Below are positions 55,956 through 63,909 of a DNA stretch of 64,000 bases, piece by piece. Positions within the stretch are counted from its first letter, which is position 1. Each line of letters starts with the position of its first letter. A model generated the notes under the pieces. It was not told the origin of the DNA and ran no database searches. It worked only from the letters and a program-made list of their open reading frames with translations. The position numbers and the translations under genes are program-made. Origin of the DNA: Candidatus Woesearchaeota archaeon (GTDB taxonomy: Archaea; Nanobdellota; Nanobdellia; Woesearchaeales; GW2011-AR9); contig JABIJM010000002.1 of NCBI GenBank assembly GCA_018655525.1, forward strand, positions 29,827 through 93,826, given 5' to 3'.

Positions 55956-56932
55956 CGCAATCTCTCATATTCTGCCAAATACCTAGAAGCAATAGTTTCA
56001 TCCCTAATAATTAGAATATTCTCGTCATTTCGTGAATCTCCATTTTTTGATGGATTAAATGAACCAGTTACAACTGTTTTCCCATCAATAATAAAGACCT
56101 TATGATGCATATTATTTTTATTAGAATCTTTTACAACATCAATTCCTGCAGTATCTAATCGCATAAATTGAGAATACTTGCTAACCTGCCTTGCTTCCAT
56201 CACACCTTCAACTGAAACATTATCTAAATGTTTTAATAACATGGCATTCGCAATACCTTCATGCGTAAAAGAAAATGTCATAAAATGAATTGATGTCTCC
56301 GCTTTCTGTAATTCTTCTTTGATATGATTTGCACAATGATCTTCTGGACAGAAATAATTTTCAAACATCACATCTCCAACTTTCACATTAGGATTTAATA
56401 CATTCTCACCTTTCTTGTATGTTCCATCCCACATCTCTTGAAACTCAGCTTCATAATTGTCTGCAAGCGTTGAAGATTCAATCAGAAGCAAATTATTATT
56501 ATTCTTATGTGCACCATTATTTGTAGGATTCATACTGCCTGTGCTTATTTTTTTACCATCTACAATACAAAATTTGTTATGCATTAAACCAGATCTATCT
56601 TTTCTTACAAAAGAATAATTAAATTTTTTCAAATATCCATCATCTGTTACAATTTTCACATCAATTTGTTTAGACTTCTCCAATAATTTATCTTGAATCG
56701 ATTCTAATCCAATATCAAACAACGCACAATGCAATTCTTCCTCAGCGGAATCAATAAAATTTACTAAGGCAGTTTCACATTCTTGATGTGGACAAAAATA
56801 GATTTTGATATCACCTTGATCTTCAACATACGTATCAGCAATCGTAGCACTTGTTAAACTATCTACATCACCAAAATAATACGAACCTAATGAGATCAGA
56901 ATAATAAGAATTGTGTAAATAACTTTCTTCAT
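55952..56932 (-). CDS. Phospholipase D-family protein with two HKD motifs, N-terminal membrane anchor/signal
   Basis: LMHNKFCIVDGKKISTGSMNPT and MHHKVFIIDGKTVVTGSFNPS (HxKx4Dx6GSxN, twice). The N-terminal hydrophobic segment is VIYTILIILISLGSYY. Confidence 0.85.
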   Translation of the reverse strand: MKKVIYTILIILISLGSYYFGDVDSLTSATIADTYVEDQGDIKIYFCPHQECETALVNFIDSAEEELHCALFDIGLESIQDKLLEKSKQIDVKIVTDDGYLKKFNYSFVRKDRSGLMHNKFCIVDGKKISTGSMNPTNNGAHKNNNNLLLIESSTLADNYEAEFQEMWDGTYKKGENVLNPNVKVGDVMFENYFCPEDHCANHIKEELQKAETSIHFMTFSFTHEGIANAMLLKHLDNVSVEGVMEARQVSKYSQFMRLDTAGIDVVKDSNKNNMHHKVFIIDGKTVVTGSFNPSKNGDSRNDENILIIRDETIASRYLAEYERLR

Positions 56933-56971
56933 AAAAATAACATAAAAAAAAGAACTATAAAAAACTTACTT

Positions 56972-57472
56972 TTAAAATATCTCAATGGATTTGTTATGAT
57001 TTACGGATTCTAAAGCTCCATGCAAATTTTGAAGAATATTTTTATAACATCGTAGCATTCTTTCATTATTTTCAAATAAACCAACCATTCTTACAGCATT
57101 TAAATCTGTATTAAATTGTCCTTGAAGATTATTTAATTTTGCAAAACAGTTTAGATAACCAACAATGACTCTTGAATCGCCCATGTTTTCTTGAATGTAA
57201 CTTATATCAGTATCGTAAACCATTACAACGTGTTCTTCATTTACTCCTACATGAAGTACTGGTTTAAATCCATAAAGGCCATCTCCTGCAATGAAAGATG
57301 CTGCTTTTTCAAAAGGAGAAGACTGATAGGAAGGAAGAATAATACGGGTACCTGGATCTGAAAATCCCACTCCTCGGTTATATCCAATATCCTGCAGAAG
57401 GAAAACCCCTACTCTAATCGTATCCTTTGAGGCTTCTTGTTTTTCATCATTTTCAACAATACATTCTAACAT
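56972..57472 (-). CDS. Hypothetical protein
   Basis: 166-aa ORF. Confidence 0.45.
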   Translation of the reverse strand: MLECIVENDEKQEASKDTIRVGVFLLQDIGYNRGVGFSDPGTRIILPSYQSSPFEKAASFIAGDGLYGFKPVLHVGVNEEHVVMVYDTDISYIQENMGDSRVIVGYLNCFAKLNNLQGQFNTDLNAVRMVGLFENNERMLRCYKNILQNLHGALESVNHNKSIEIF

Positions 57473-57551
57473 AAGAATATTTGACTAGAGGTTTTATATA
57501 AACTTATTTACTTCAAAAGTTGTAATAAAAAAAGTTAAAAAAAATAAAAAT

Positions 57552-58073
57552 CTATGCTTTACGCATTCCTCTTCCTTTCTTACCAGAAGATGTTTTTCCA
57601 TGGAATACTCTGCTTCCACTTCTCTTAGATTGTAACCATTGCAAGTTTTTATCAGATTTGATTACAGGATGTTTGGGATCTACCATGATAATTTCATACC
57701 AATAATAAATTCCATCTTCCATTACCCAATAAGAATTTAAAACAGTTAAGTTTACAAATTTCTTTTGAGCTCTTTCTTCTGCAATTTGCTGATAATTTTT
57801 AGATAAGTTTAATCTTGTACCATATCGTTTTGGTCTACGACCCTTTTTGATTTGTGGTCTTGTATGTCCACCACGAGGTACTCTTTGTCTTACAACTATG
57901 ATTCCTTGTTTTGCTTTATATCCTAAAGAACGTGCCCTATCAAGACGTGTTGGTCTTTCAATTCTTACTGTTGAATCTTCTTTTCTCCATGCAAGAAGTC
58001 TTTCTCTCCAAATTGGACCTAAGCCTTCTTTTGGTTTTTTCCAGATTTCTCTGATTTTAATGTATATTCCCAT
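57552..58073 (-). CDS. rpl15e: Ribosomal protein eL15
   Basis: MGIYIKIREIWKKPKE...RLLAWRKEDSTVRIERPTRLDRARSLGYKAKQGIIVVRQRVPRGG. Confidence 0.9.
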   Translation of the reverse strand: MGIYIKIREIWKKPKEGLGPIWRERLLAWRKEDSTVRIERPTRLDRARSLGYKAKQGIIVVRQRVPRGGHTRPQIKKGRRPKRYGTRLNLSKNYQQIAEERAQKKFVNLTVLNSYWVMEDGIYYWYEIIMVDPKHPVIKSDKNLQWLQSKRSGSRVFHGKTSSGKKGRGMRKA

Positions 58074-58261
58074 ATTTCTTTGCCTCCGTTGTTATGATAC
58101 TCTTACATCAGGATTCAGGCAAGCACGCCCACATTTCCTAATTTAAGTGTATTTTGAGAGGTTGTTTATAAACTTAATGGTGAAATCTTAGAAACCTGTA
58201 TCAGAACACTTAAATACTTCTATACCTTTACAAAAAGCATGTATACGGAGGTGGTATATTC

Positions 58262-59386
58262 ATGGAAATATCTTCTATTGTAAAAAACGATTTCTTAGAA
58301 TTAAATGACGAAACAAAACTATCTGAAGTAATTGGTCAGATGCGCCAATATGAAAAACGATCAGCTTTAGTGTTTAAGAATAAACGCTATCTTGGATTAG
58401 TTGAAAAGAAAAAAATCATACATACTAATGTAGATCCTTCTGAAGTAGGGATTGCAGACTTTTTACAGAGAACACCAATCTTAGATGAATCAACAAATGT
58501 TTTAGAAGCTGCTCACATCATGTTTGAACAAGATGTTAATCATTTACCTGTGAGTAAGGATAAAGAAGTTATAGGTGTTGTATCTTCATTAGATTTAGCA
58601 AACCTTGCACTTCAACTTCCACGAGTTGCATCTCTGAGAGTAGATGAAGTCAAAATTCTAAAATCAAATCATGTGACAAAAGATAATCCATTATCACAAG
58701 CAATGCATATCATGCGTGAAGATCATGTAGATCATGTCCCTGTATTTGATCAAGGAGAACTATACGGAATCTTATCATATCGTGATATTATCCGAAAAGC
58801 AATCAACTGGTCCCCACATCGTGATAAGGCTGGACATTTCAATGCTGAATTGCATTCAAAAGCAGCATCAGTTGAAACAACGCCGTTTCCTATGTTACCC
58901 GTAGGTGAGTTTAGTACAAATGATAATTTGATTAGTATAGCACCAACAGATTCATTGAAATCAGCTGTTGATAAAATGGTAAAAAAACGTGTGAAATCTT
59001 TATTGATACAAGATTCAGAAAAACTCTATGGTGTTTTATCGGTGAGAAACATTCTTGGAAAAGTTTCATCCTTAGAAAAGATCGCGAATTACGTTCTAAA
59101 CTACGTAGGATTAAACGATTGTAATCTCTCTGAACATCAAGAAAATGTTTTGTATGCAATTACAGAAAGAGAAGCAGAAAAACTTCAGCGAAAGATTGAT
59201 GAAACCTTCCGTGTAACTGTTCATCTTAAGCAAATCAACAAAGAAGGTAAACAATCTCAGTTTGACATAAAGTTAAAGATAGACCTTCCTGGAAAAATTC
59301 TCGCATCAGAGAAATCCGATTGGGATCTTGAAACAGCTTTGCATAAAGTCTTCAATATCGTTGAAAGTGAATTGCAGCGGGTTTAG
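58262..59386 (+). CDS. Four-CBS-domain protein fused to a C-terminal HPF/RaiA (S30AE)-like domain
   Basis: Four CBS-like units (e.g. VNHLPVSKDKEVIGVVSSLDL, VDHVPVFDQGELYGILSYRDI, KSLLIQDSEKLYGVLSVRNI). The C-terminus, EREAEKLQRKIDETFRVTVHLKQ...QFDIKLKIDLPGKILASEKSDWDLETALHKVFNIVESELQR, follows the beta-alpha-beta-beta-beta-alpha pattern of ribosome hibernation factors. Confidence 0.55.
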   Translation: MEISSIVKNDFLELNDETKLSEVIGQMRQYEKRSALVFKNKRYLGLVEKKKIIHTNVDPSEVGIADFLQRTPILDESTNVLEAAHIMFEQDVNHLPVSKDKEVIGVVSSLDLANLALQLPRVASLRVDEVKILKSNHVTKDNPLSQAMHIMREDHVDHVPVFDQGELYGILSYRDIIRKAINWSPHRDKAGHFNAELHSKAASVETTPFPMLPVGEFSTNDNLISIAPTDSLKSAVDKMVKKRVKSLLIQDSEKLYGVLSVRNILGKVSSLEKIANYVLNYVGLNDCNLSEHQENVLYAITEREAEKLQRKIDETFRVTVHLKQINKEGKQSQFDIKLKIDLPGKILASEKSDWDLETALHKVFNIVESELQRV

Positions 59387-59437
59387 TTTTTTTTTTCTTT
59401 TCTTGAATAAATCTCTCTTTATTTAGAACAATTGTCT

Positions 59438-59490
59438 GGGAGAGGATTGTTTATTTTTTAGAAATTTAATAAAAATGGAGGAATGTTTAT
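59438..59490 (+). repeat. Cassette-junction repeat module, partial copy (tandem GGAGAGGATTGTTTAT / GGAGGAATGTTTAT)
   Basis: GGAGGAATGTTTAT at 59477-59490 is identical to 60890-60903. A degenerate copy lies at 59438-59455. Confidence 0.6.
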
Positions 59491-59500
59491 AGAATCCAAG

Positions 59501-60739
59501 CTATGTGGTTGAAGAATTATATACAGAGCCATTCTTAAACAGAAACAATATAATTGTTCCAACAAATATGAAGACTGCCATTCCGATTAATACTTTATTG
59601 AGAGGATACAAATCCATGAATTGTCCTAAACCTACATATAATCCCGCTGTGATTAAGTTATAGATTAAACTTTTTACAGAAAGAACTGTTGCTCTATTAG
59701 ATGAAGAGATATGGCTGTTAACATAATCTTCCAATATTATTTCTTTAAATGCCATCATTGCATAAAAGATACCAAAAGAGATTAGTAAAGTTAGGGGGTT
59801 ATCTAATCCAAAAAGAACAAATACAACTGCCTGTGATAATAAAATCAATATTAATGAAGTTTTTTCTTTTATTTTTTCTTCGATTTTATGAGTAAACCAA
59901 GAAATCAATCCCCGAATAGCCATCATACCTGCCAAAATAATCCCAAAAAATTTTACATCAAAGCCATTAGATATTAATAAGGGCTGTTGCCAAAAATCAA
60001 AGAAGAATTCGATTCCAATTCCTGAAAGAAAAAAGAAAGCTATAAGCCACATGATTTGTTTATGGTTTATGGTAAAATTGAACCCCTTTACAGTTTGTTT
60101 CCAGTGAGTTCTAATATTTAATTTTTTACGTTGCTTATAAGGCTCAACCATTGTTGAGATTACAATAGCTGCAATCAAATATATCCCTCCAGTGATTATA
60201 AAACCTAGTCGTGGATTAATTAGATAAATTATTGGCCCTAGAAAAACTCCAATAATAGAGGCAATTTGATTAAACGTATTAATTTTCCCTCTAATTTTTT
60301 TATATTCTTTTTTTCTTCCTACTTTTTTTACAGAATCATATAAAAGGGCAACATCTGCCCCTGATATGAATGAGAATGCAAGACCAGCAACCACAGCAAT
60401 AATGTAAAAATGAATTGGCAAATCCATTAACCCAATGGATATAAAAACAACTGCATTTAAAACACAACCATAAATTAATGCTTTTTTTCTACCAATTAAG
60501 TCAGCAATTGCTCCAGTGGGTAATTCTAATACCACAACAACAAGGGCAAATATCATCTCATGAATTCCAATATTTGTAAAAGAAAAACCTAATCCCAAAT
60601 AATAAAGAGTATAAATCATCCAAATTAATCGGATATGGTCTATAAAAGAATAAACACCAAATTTCCAAATATTATTCCTTACATGCATACATATTTTAGT
60701 AAAGGAAGAACGCTTAAAAGAATTTCTATTAGTAAACAT
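59501..60739 (-). CDS. MFS-type transporter
   Basis: About 12 hydrophobic helices and a GAIADLIGRKKAL loop (MFS motif A-like). The start is moved to MFTNRN (60739; the alternative is 60688). The first 21 codons of the track ORF run through an intergenic repeat block (CCATCTGGAG) that is non-coding at its other copy. Confidence 0.7.
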   Translation of the reverse strand: MFTNRNSFKRSSFTKICMHVRNNIWKFGVYSFIDHIRLIWMIYTLYYLGLGFSFTNIGIHEMIFALVVVVLELPTGAIADLIGRKKALIYGCVLNAVVFISIGLMDLPIHFYIIAVVAGLAFSFISGADVALLYDSVKKVGRKKEYKKIRGKINTFNQIASIIGVFLGPIIYLINPRLGFIITGGIYLIAAIVISTMVEPYKQRKKLNIRTHWKQTVKGFNFTINHKQIMWLIAFFFLSGIGIEFFFDFWQQPLLISNGFDVKFFGIILAGMMAIRGLISWFTHKIEEKIKEKTSLILILLSQAVVFVLFGLDNPLTLLISFGIFYAMMAFKEIILEDYVNSHISSSNRATVLSVKSLIYNLITAGLYVGLGQFMDLYPLNKVLIGMAVFIFVGTIILFLFKNGSVYNSSTT

Positions 60740-60906
60740 TCCTCCCCATCTGGAGTTTTTCATTCTAATGAATAATTGGAAACTACCTTTATTCATAAAC
60801 AAAAGGGGGTTTTAGGGCATTAAAAAGTGTATATTTTTATGAATATACCCTATCACAAGAATGGACAAAACTCATTCTAATCATTTTTCGGAGGAATGTT
60901 TATAAA
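60731..60906 (+). repeat. Cassette-junction repeat module, copy A
   Basis: Ordered blocks: inverted GGGGAGGAATGTTTACT (60731-60747), CCATCTGGAGTTTTT (60746-60760), GGGGGTTTTAGGGCATTAAAAAGTG (60805-60829), ATACCCT (60845-60851) and GGAGGAATGTTTAT (60890-60903). Confidence 0.65.
60899..60906 (+). promoter_or_regulatory. TATA box embedded in the 3' end of repeat module A, 23 nt before the ATG at 60930
   Basis: GGAGGAATGTTTATAAAAAC. Confidence 0.5.
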
Positions 60907-60929
60907 AACACTTAATTATTTAAGATAAA

Positions 60930-61490
60930 ATGACTACTAAATTTCATGTATACATAAAAATTGGTTCTTTAGACTTAGAAAAATTCAAAAAAATTGTTTC
61001 ATGGTGTAATAAATATGTAAAATCACCAAGACATTCAAAGAATCTCAATTATTTGGAGGTTGATTTTTTAGGATCTAAAGTTAAGGTCCCAGTATTAGAT
61101 TTTCACGATCTTTTTCATATTAAAAAAGAAATCACTCAAGAAACATTAAAAAATTGTTTATATGAAAATTGCCCTGATGATTGGTACAAGCAAGCTCTTT
61201 ACATGACAGAAATTGTTTTTGATATTAATGGAAAAGATTTACATCTTCCAAAATGTGATAAAGGTGAGGAGTGGTATAAAGATTATATAGAAAAAACTGA
61301 TTTTTGGCGAAATAGGGAATATGAAGGTGGATTTGGTTACAATCTGTTTTTGTTTAATGATGTTATATTTTTTTGGTCAAATGCTAGAAGTGGTGGAGAA
61401 GCGTTAGTCTTTAGTAGAGACATAATTGATGAAATAAAGAAACTTGCAAAACTTGTTGATGGAGAGATAGTGGGACCGGATATATTTTAG
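60930..61490 (+). CDS. ORFan hypothetical protein (cassette 2)
   Basis: 186-aa ORF. TTTATAAA at 60899-60906 ends 23 nt upstream of the ATG. Confidence 0.5.
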   Translation: MTTKFHVYIKIGSLDLEKFKKIVSWCNKYVKSPRHSKNLNYLEVDFLGSKVKVPVLDFHDLFHIKKEITQETLKNCLYENCPDDWYKQALYMTEIVFDINGKDLHLPKCDKGEEWYKDYIEKTDFWRNREYEGGFGYNLFLFNDVIFFWSNARSGGEALVFSRDIIDEIKKLAKLVDGEIVGPDIF

Positions 61491-61496
61491 AAACAA

Positions 61497-61615
61497 ATAA
61501 TCCTCCAAATAAACACATCTTTGTTTACGGCTAGTCTTTCTCAAGAGGTATATCTGTAAACAATCACCTGTTTTTAGGGCATGAAAAGTCACCGTTTTTC
61601 TATAAACAAAGGTGC
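61497..61615 (+). repeat. Cassette-junction repeat module, copy C
   Basis: AGGTATATCTGTAAACAATCACCTGTTTTTAGGGCATGAAAAGTCACC (about 61546-61593) aligns with copy B's AGGTATATTTACAAAAAATCCCCCGTTTTTAGTCCGTTAAAAAGGTGCC. AAAAGTCACC is also shared with 62214-62223. Confidence 0.6.
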
Positions 61616-61655
61616 TAGAAAAAATTAACAAAATATTAAATCTAATTTATTCGGA

Positions 61656-62141
61656 CTATATTATAAGATTTGGAGCTTTTCGGATATCTCCTCTATATAC
61701 AACCCTAGTAGAATCTCCATAACCATTTAGAATCTCAAGTTCATTTTCTGCGGTATCCACATCTAATTTTAAATGGGCATCAGTTGAGGGTGGACTCCAT
61801 CTAATATGAGTATTAGAATCAAGAAACCCGTATTTTTTTAGTAAAGCAGGCACAAATTCTCTATCTTCTAAAAAGTAATCTCTATCTTCATCGTCATCAT
61901 CAACTGAATTACCAGCAACATATACATCTAAATAATCTGGTTTTTGAAACCTTAATAAAGCATCTTTCACCATACCTTCTAATCCATCAATATTAGCATC
62001 AACAAAATGACCAGCATAAGCTGCTTGTATTTGTTTATCATGTATAATTATACCCACACTGGGTCCTAAAGTTCCAGTATCTACTATACTTCCAGGTGGA
62101 ATGTATTCAACATCCCATAGTTTAAGTCTAATATATGCCAT
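61656..62141 (-). CDS. ORFan hypothetical protein (cassette 3)
   Basis: 161-aa ORF with its own GTTATAAATAAAAA box about 25 nt upstream on the minus strand. Confidence 0.5.
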   Translation of the reverse strand: MAYIRLKLWDVEYIPPGSIVDTGTLGPSVGIIIHDKQIQAAYAGHFVDANIDGLEGMVKDALLRFQKPDYLDVYVAGNSVDDDDEDRDYFLEDREFVPALLKKYGFLDSNTHIRWSPPSTDAHLKLDVDTAENELEILNGYGDSTRVVYRGDIRKAPNLII

Positions 62142-62210
62142 ATTAACAAATATCCCTTTTTATTTATAACTCTTTCGTCTCTTTTTAGTGAATCCAAAAA
62201 CAAGAAGATG

Positions 62211-62385
62211 AATAAAAGTCACCATCTGGAGTTTTTTACACTTGACGTTTCTGAGCCAATAGGTATATTTACAAAAAATCCCCCGTTTTTAGTCCGTTAA
62301 AAAGGTGCCTTTGTTTTTAAAAATACCCTCAGAGAAAAATCAACGATAAATAAAGATACAATTATTTGGAGTTTTTTTTACTAAA
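62211..62385 (+). repeat. Cassette-junction repeat module, copy B
   Basis: CCATCTGGAGTTTTTT (62222-62237), CCCCCGTTTTTAGTCCGTTAAAAAGGTGCC (62280-62309), ATACCCT (62323-62329) and TTGGAGTTTTTTTT (62366-62379). Inter-block spacings (58, 43, 45 nt) match copy A (59, 40, 45 nt). Confidence 0.65.
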
Positions 62386-62427
62386 GAGAGACAAAAGTTT
62401 TATAAATATAGGGTTTTGATTCTCCTT

Positions 62428-63579
62428 ATGACATCACGAATGGATAATATTGAAATAGTATGGCTTTACGAAAACCTAAATATTCTTACAGTCAATAAGA
62501 GGGGCAATAATCTCATTGAAGATTTAAACATTCCAAGGATAGAAAAAGATATTGAGATTGAAAAAAATTACTTTCTAGAAACACATTCAGAAAAAGAATA
62601 TATCACAGAATCACAAAAATCAGCTGAAAATATTTTTGAACAGTACAAAAAATTTGGAGGTCAAATTCAACGAATCCATAAGGTAATTGTTTGGTATAAA
62701 GAATTAGGGATGCTCAAAAAAGTTGCTGAAATAGGCGATTATATCCTAAGCCAATTACAACAAGATAAAGAATTATTGTGTGAAGCAAATACTCCCTCAC
62801 CTATGGAAGAATTAAAGGCCGTTGCTTTAAGTTACTATTATTTTAATGATGAAGAAATAATTGATAAATTTGTGAGCTATTGTTTTCAAGCAGGTAAGTG
62901 GTATTTTGCTTTCAGATTTATGAATCAAATTAAGAAACCTCTCTCTAATAATCAGTTAAATGAAGCGGCAAAATTCTACATGGGTAAGGAAGATTTAAAA
63001 CGTACTCTTGAGGTATTAACTTTAACTAAAAGTATGGATTTGTATGAAAAATTAGGTGAACTCTCTTTTTCAAAACTAAGAAAAGCAAATGAAAATGAAT
63101 TTATTTATATATTTATAGCAATAGCAGTTAGTTGCTACTATGCTACTAAGAACAATCAAAAATTAGAGGAATTAGAAAATTTTGTTCTTTCAGCGGATCA
63201 AGCACATATTCTTGTTGAGATATATTTACTATGTAGAGATTCTGTGGGATTAAACAAATTACTGATTTATGGAAAAAAGAAGAATGATTATTTATTAATT
63301 TTAAAATCTGCCATAGGCGTTGGAAAATTAGAAAGATATTTCAAAGAGGCTATGGAAATTAGAAAATACGCAGAAATAATTGACTTATGTAAATGGGAAA
63401 AAGAAAACAATGAAGGTTTTTTTCATATGCCAAAATTAATAGAAGAATTATTTTTAAAGTTAAATAAAGAAAAAAAATATGAGTTGCTTGAATCATTATA
63501 TTATTATTCCAATATGGAAAAAAATTATTTTAATTATTCTCCGAGCATATATGCGATAATAGAAAAAAAATTCAAATAA
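62428..63579 (+). CDS. ORFan helical-repeat protein (cassette 4)
   Basis: 383-aa ORF from ATG 62428. TTTATAAA at 62399-62406 ends 21 nt upstream. It is rich in helical repeats (TPR-like by eye only). Confidence 0.5.
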   Translation: MTSRMDNIEIVWLYENLNILTVNKRGNNLIEDLNIPRIEKDIEIEKNYFLETHSEKEYITESQKSAENIFEQYKKFGGQIQRIHKVIVWYKELGMLKKVAEIGDYILSQLQQDKELLCEANTPSPMEELKAVALSYYYFNDEEIIDKFVSYCFQAGKWYFAFRFMNQIKKPLSNNQLNEAAKFYMGKEDLKRTLEVLTLTKSMDLYEKLGELSFSKLRKANENEFIYIFIAIAVSCYYATKNNQKLEELENFVLSADQAHILVEIYLLCRDSVGLNKLLIYGKKKNDYLLILKSAIGVGKLERYFKEAMEIRKYAEIIDLCKWEKENNEGFFHMPKLIEELFLKLNKEKKYELLESLYYYSNMEKNYFNYSPSIYAIIEKKFK

Positions 63580-63626
63580 TCCACCTAAATATATTCTAAA
63601 TAATGAACATATTATCAATAAAGAAT

Positions 63627-63909
63627 AAAATAACCTCCAATTTTTTAGTTTGAGATTTTAATGAATTAGTTTACAATTCTGATAGGGGGTAGTTTTTAGC
63701 AGTTTTTTAAGATTTTGAAAAAAGGTGCCTTTTTTTACAAATCCCAATAAATCCCCCTTTTTTGAAAAACCTCCCCCTACTTGACTAAAATTCTATCTTG
63801 AATCTCAAAATTCAAAAAATAGTAAAAATCATCTAAAAGAGGGTGGGGGAGGATTATTTGACTTTAAGCCCCATTTTGGGTATGTTGTTATAATGGGAGG
63901 AATGTTTTT
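63627..63909 (+). repeat. Cassette-junction repeat module, copy D (expanded)
   Basis: GGGGGTAGTTTTTAGCAGTTTTTTAAGATTTTGAAAAAAGGTGCCTTTTTTTACAAATCCC (63685-63745), a second CCCCCTTTTTTGAAAAACC unit (about 63754-63772), and GGAGGAATGTTTTT (63896-63909). Confidence 0.6.

Noticed and set aside
58074-58261. Possible structured leader or K-turn (CCTGATG...) upstream of rpl15e.
   Set aside because: There is only a short 3-bp hairpin and a partial UGAUG match, so the evidence is insufficient.
60740-60802. First 21 codons of the track's MFS ORF (MFMNKGSFQLFIRMKNSRWGG).
   Set aside because: This stretch is the reverse complement of the CCATCTGGAG repeat block, which is clearly intergenic at its other copy (62222). 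The start was moved to 60739 (or 60688).
60805-63729. CRISPR interpretation of the GTTTTTAG-containing repeats.
   Set aside because: The copies are 700-1400 nt apart, are separated by full-length ORFs with promoters, and are only about 70-80 percent similar. No cas genes are present, and this is not a repeat-spacer array.
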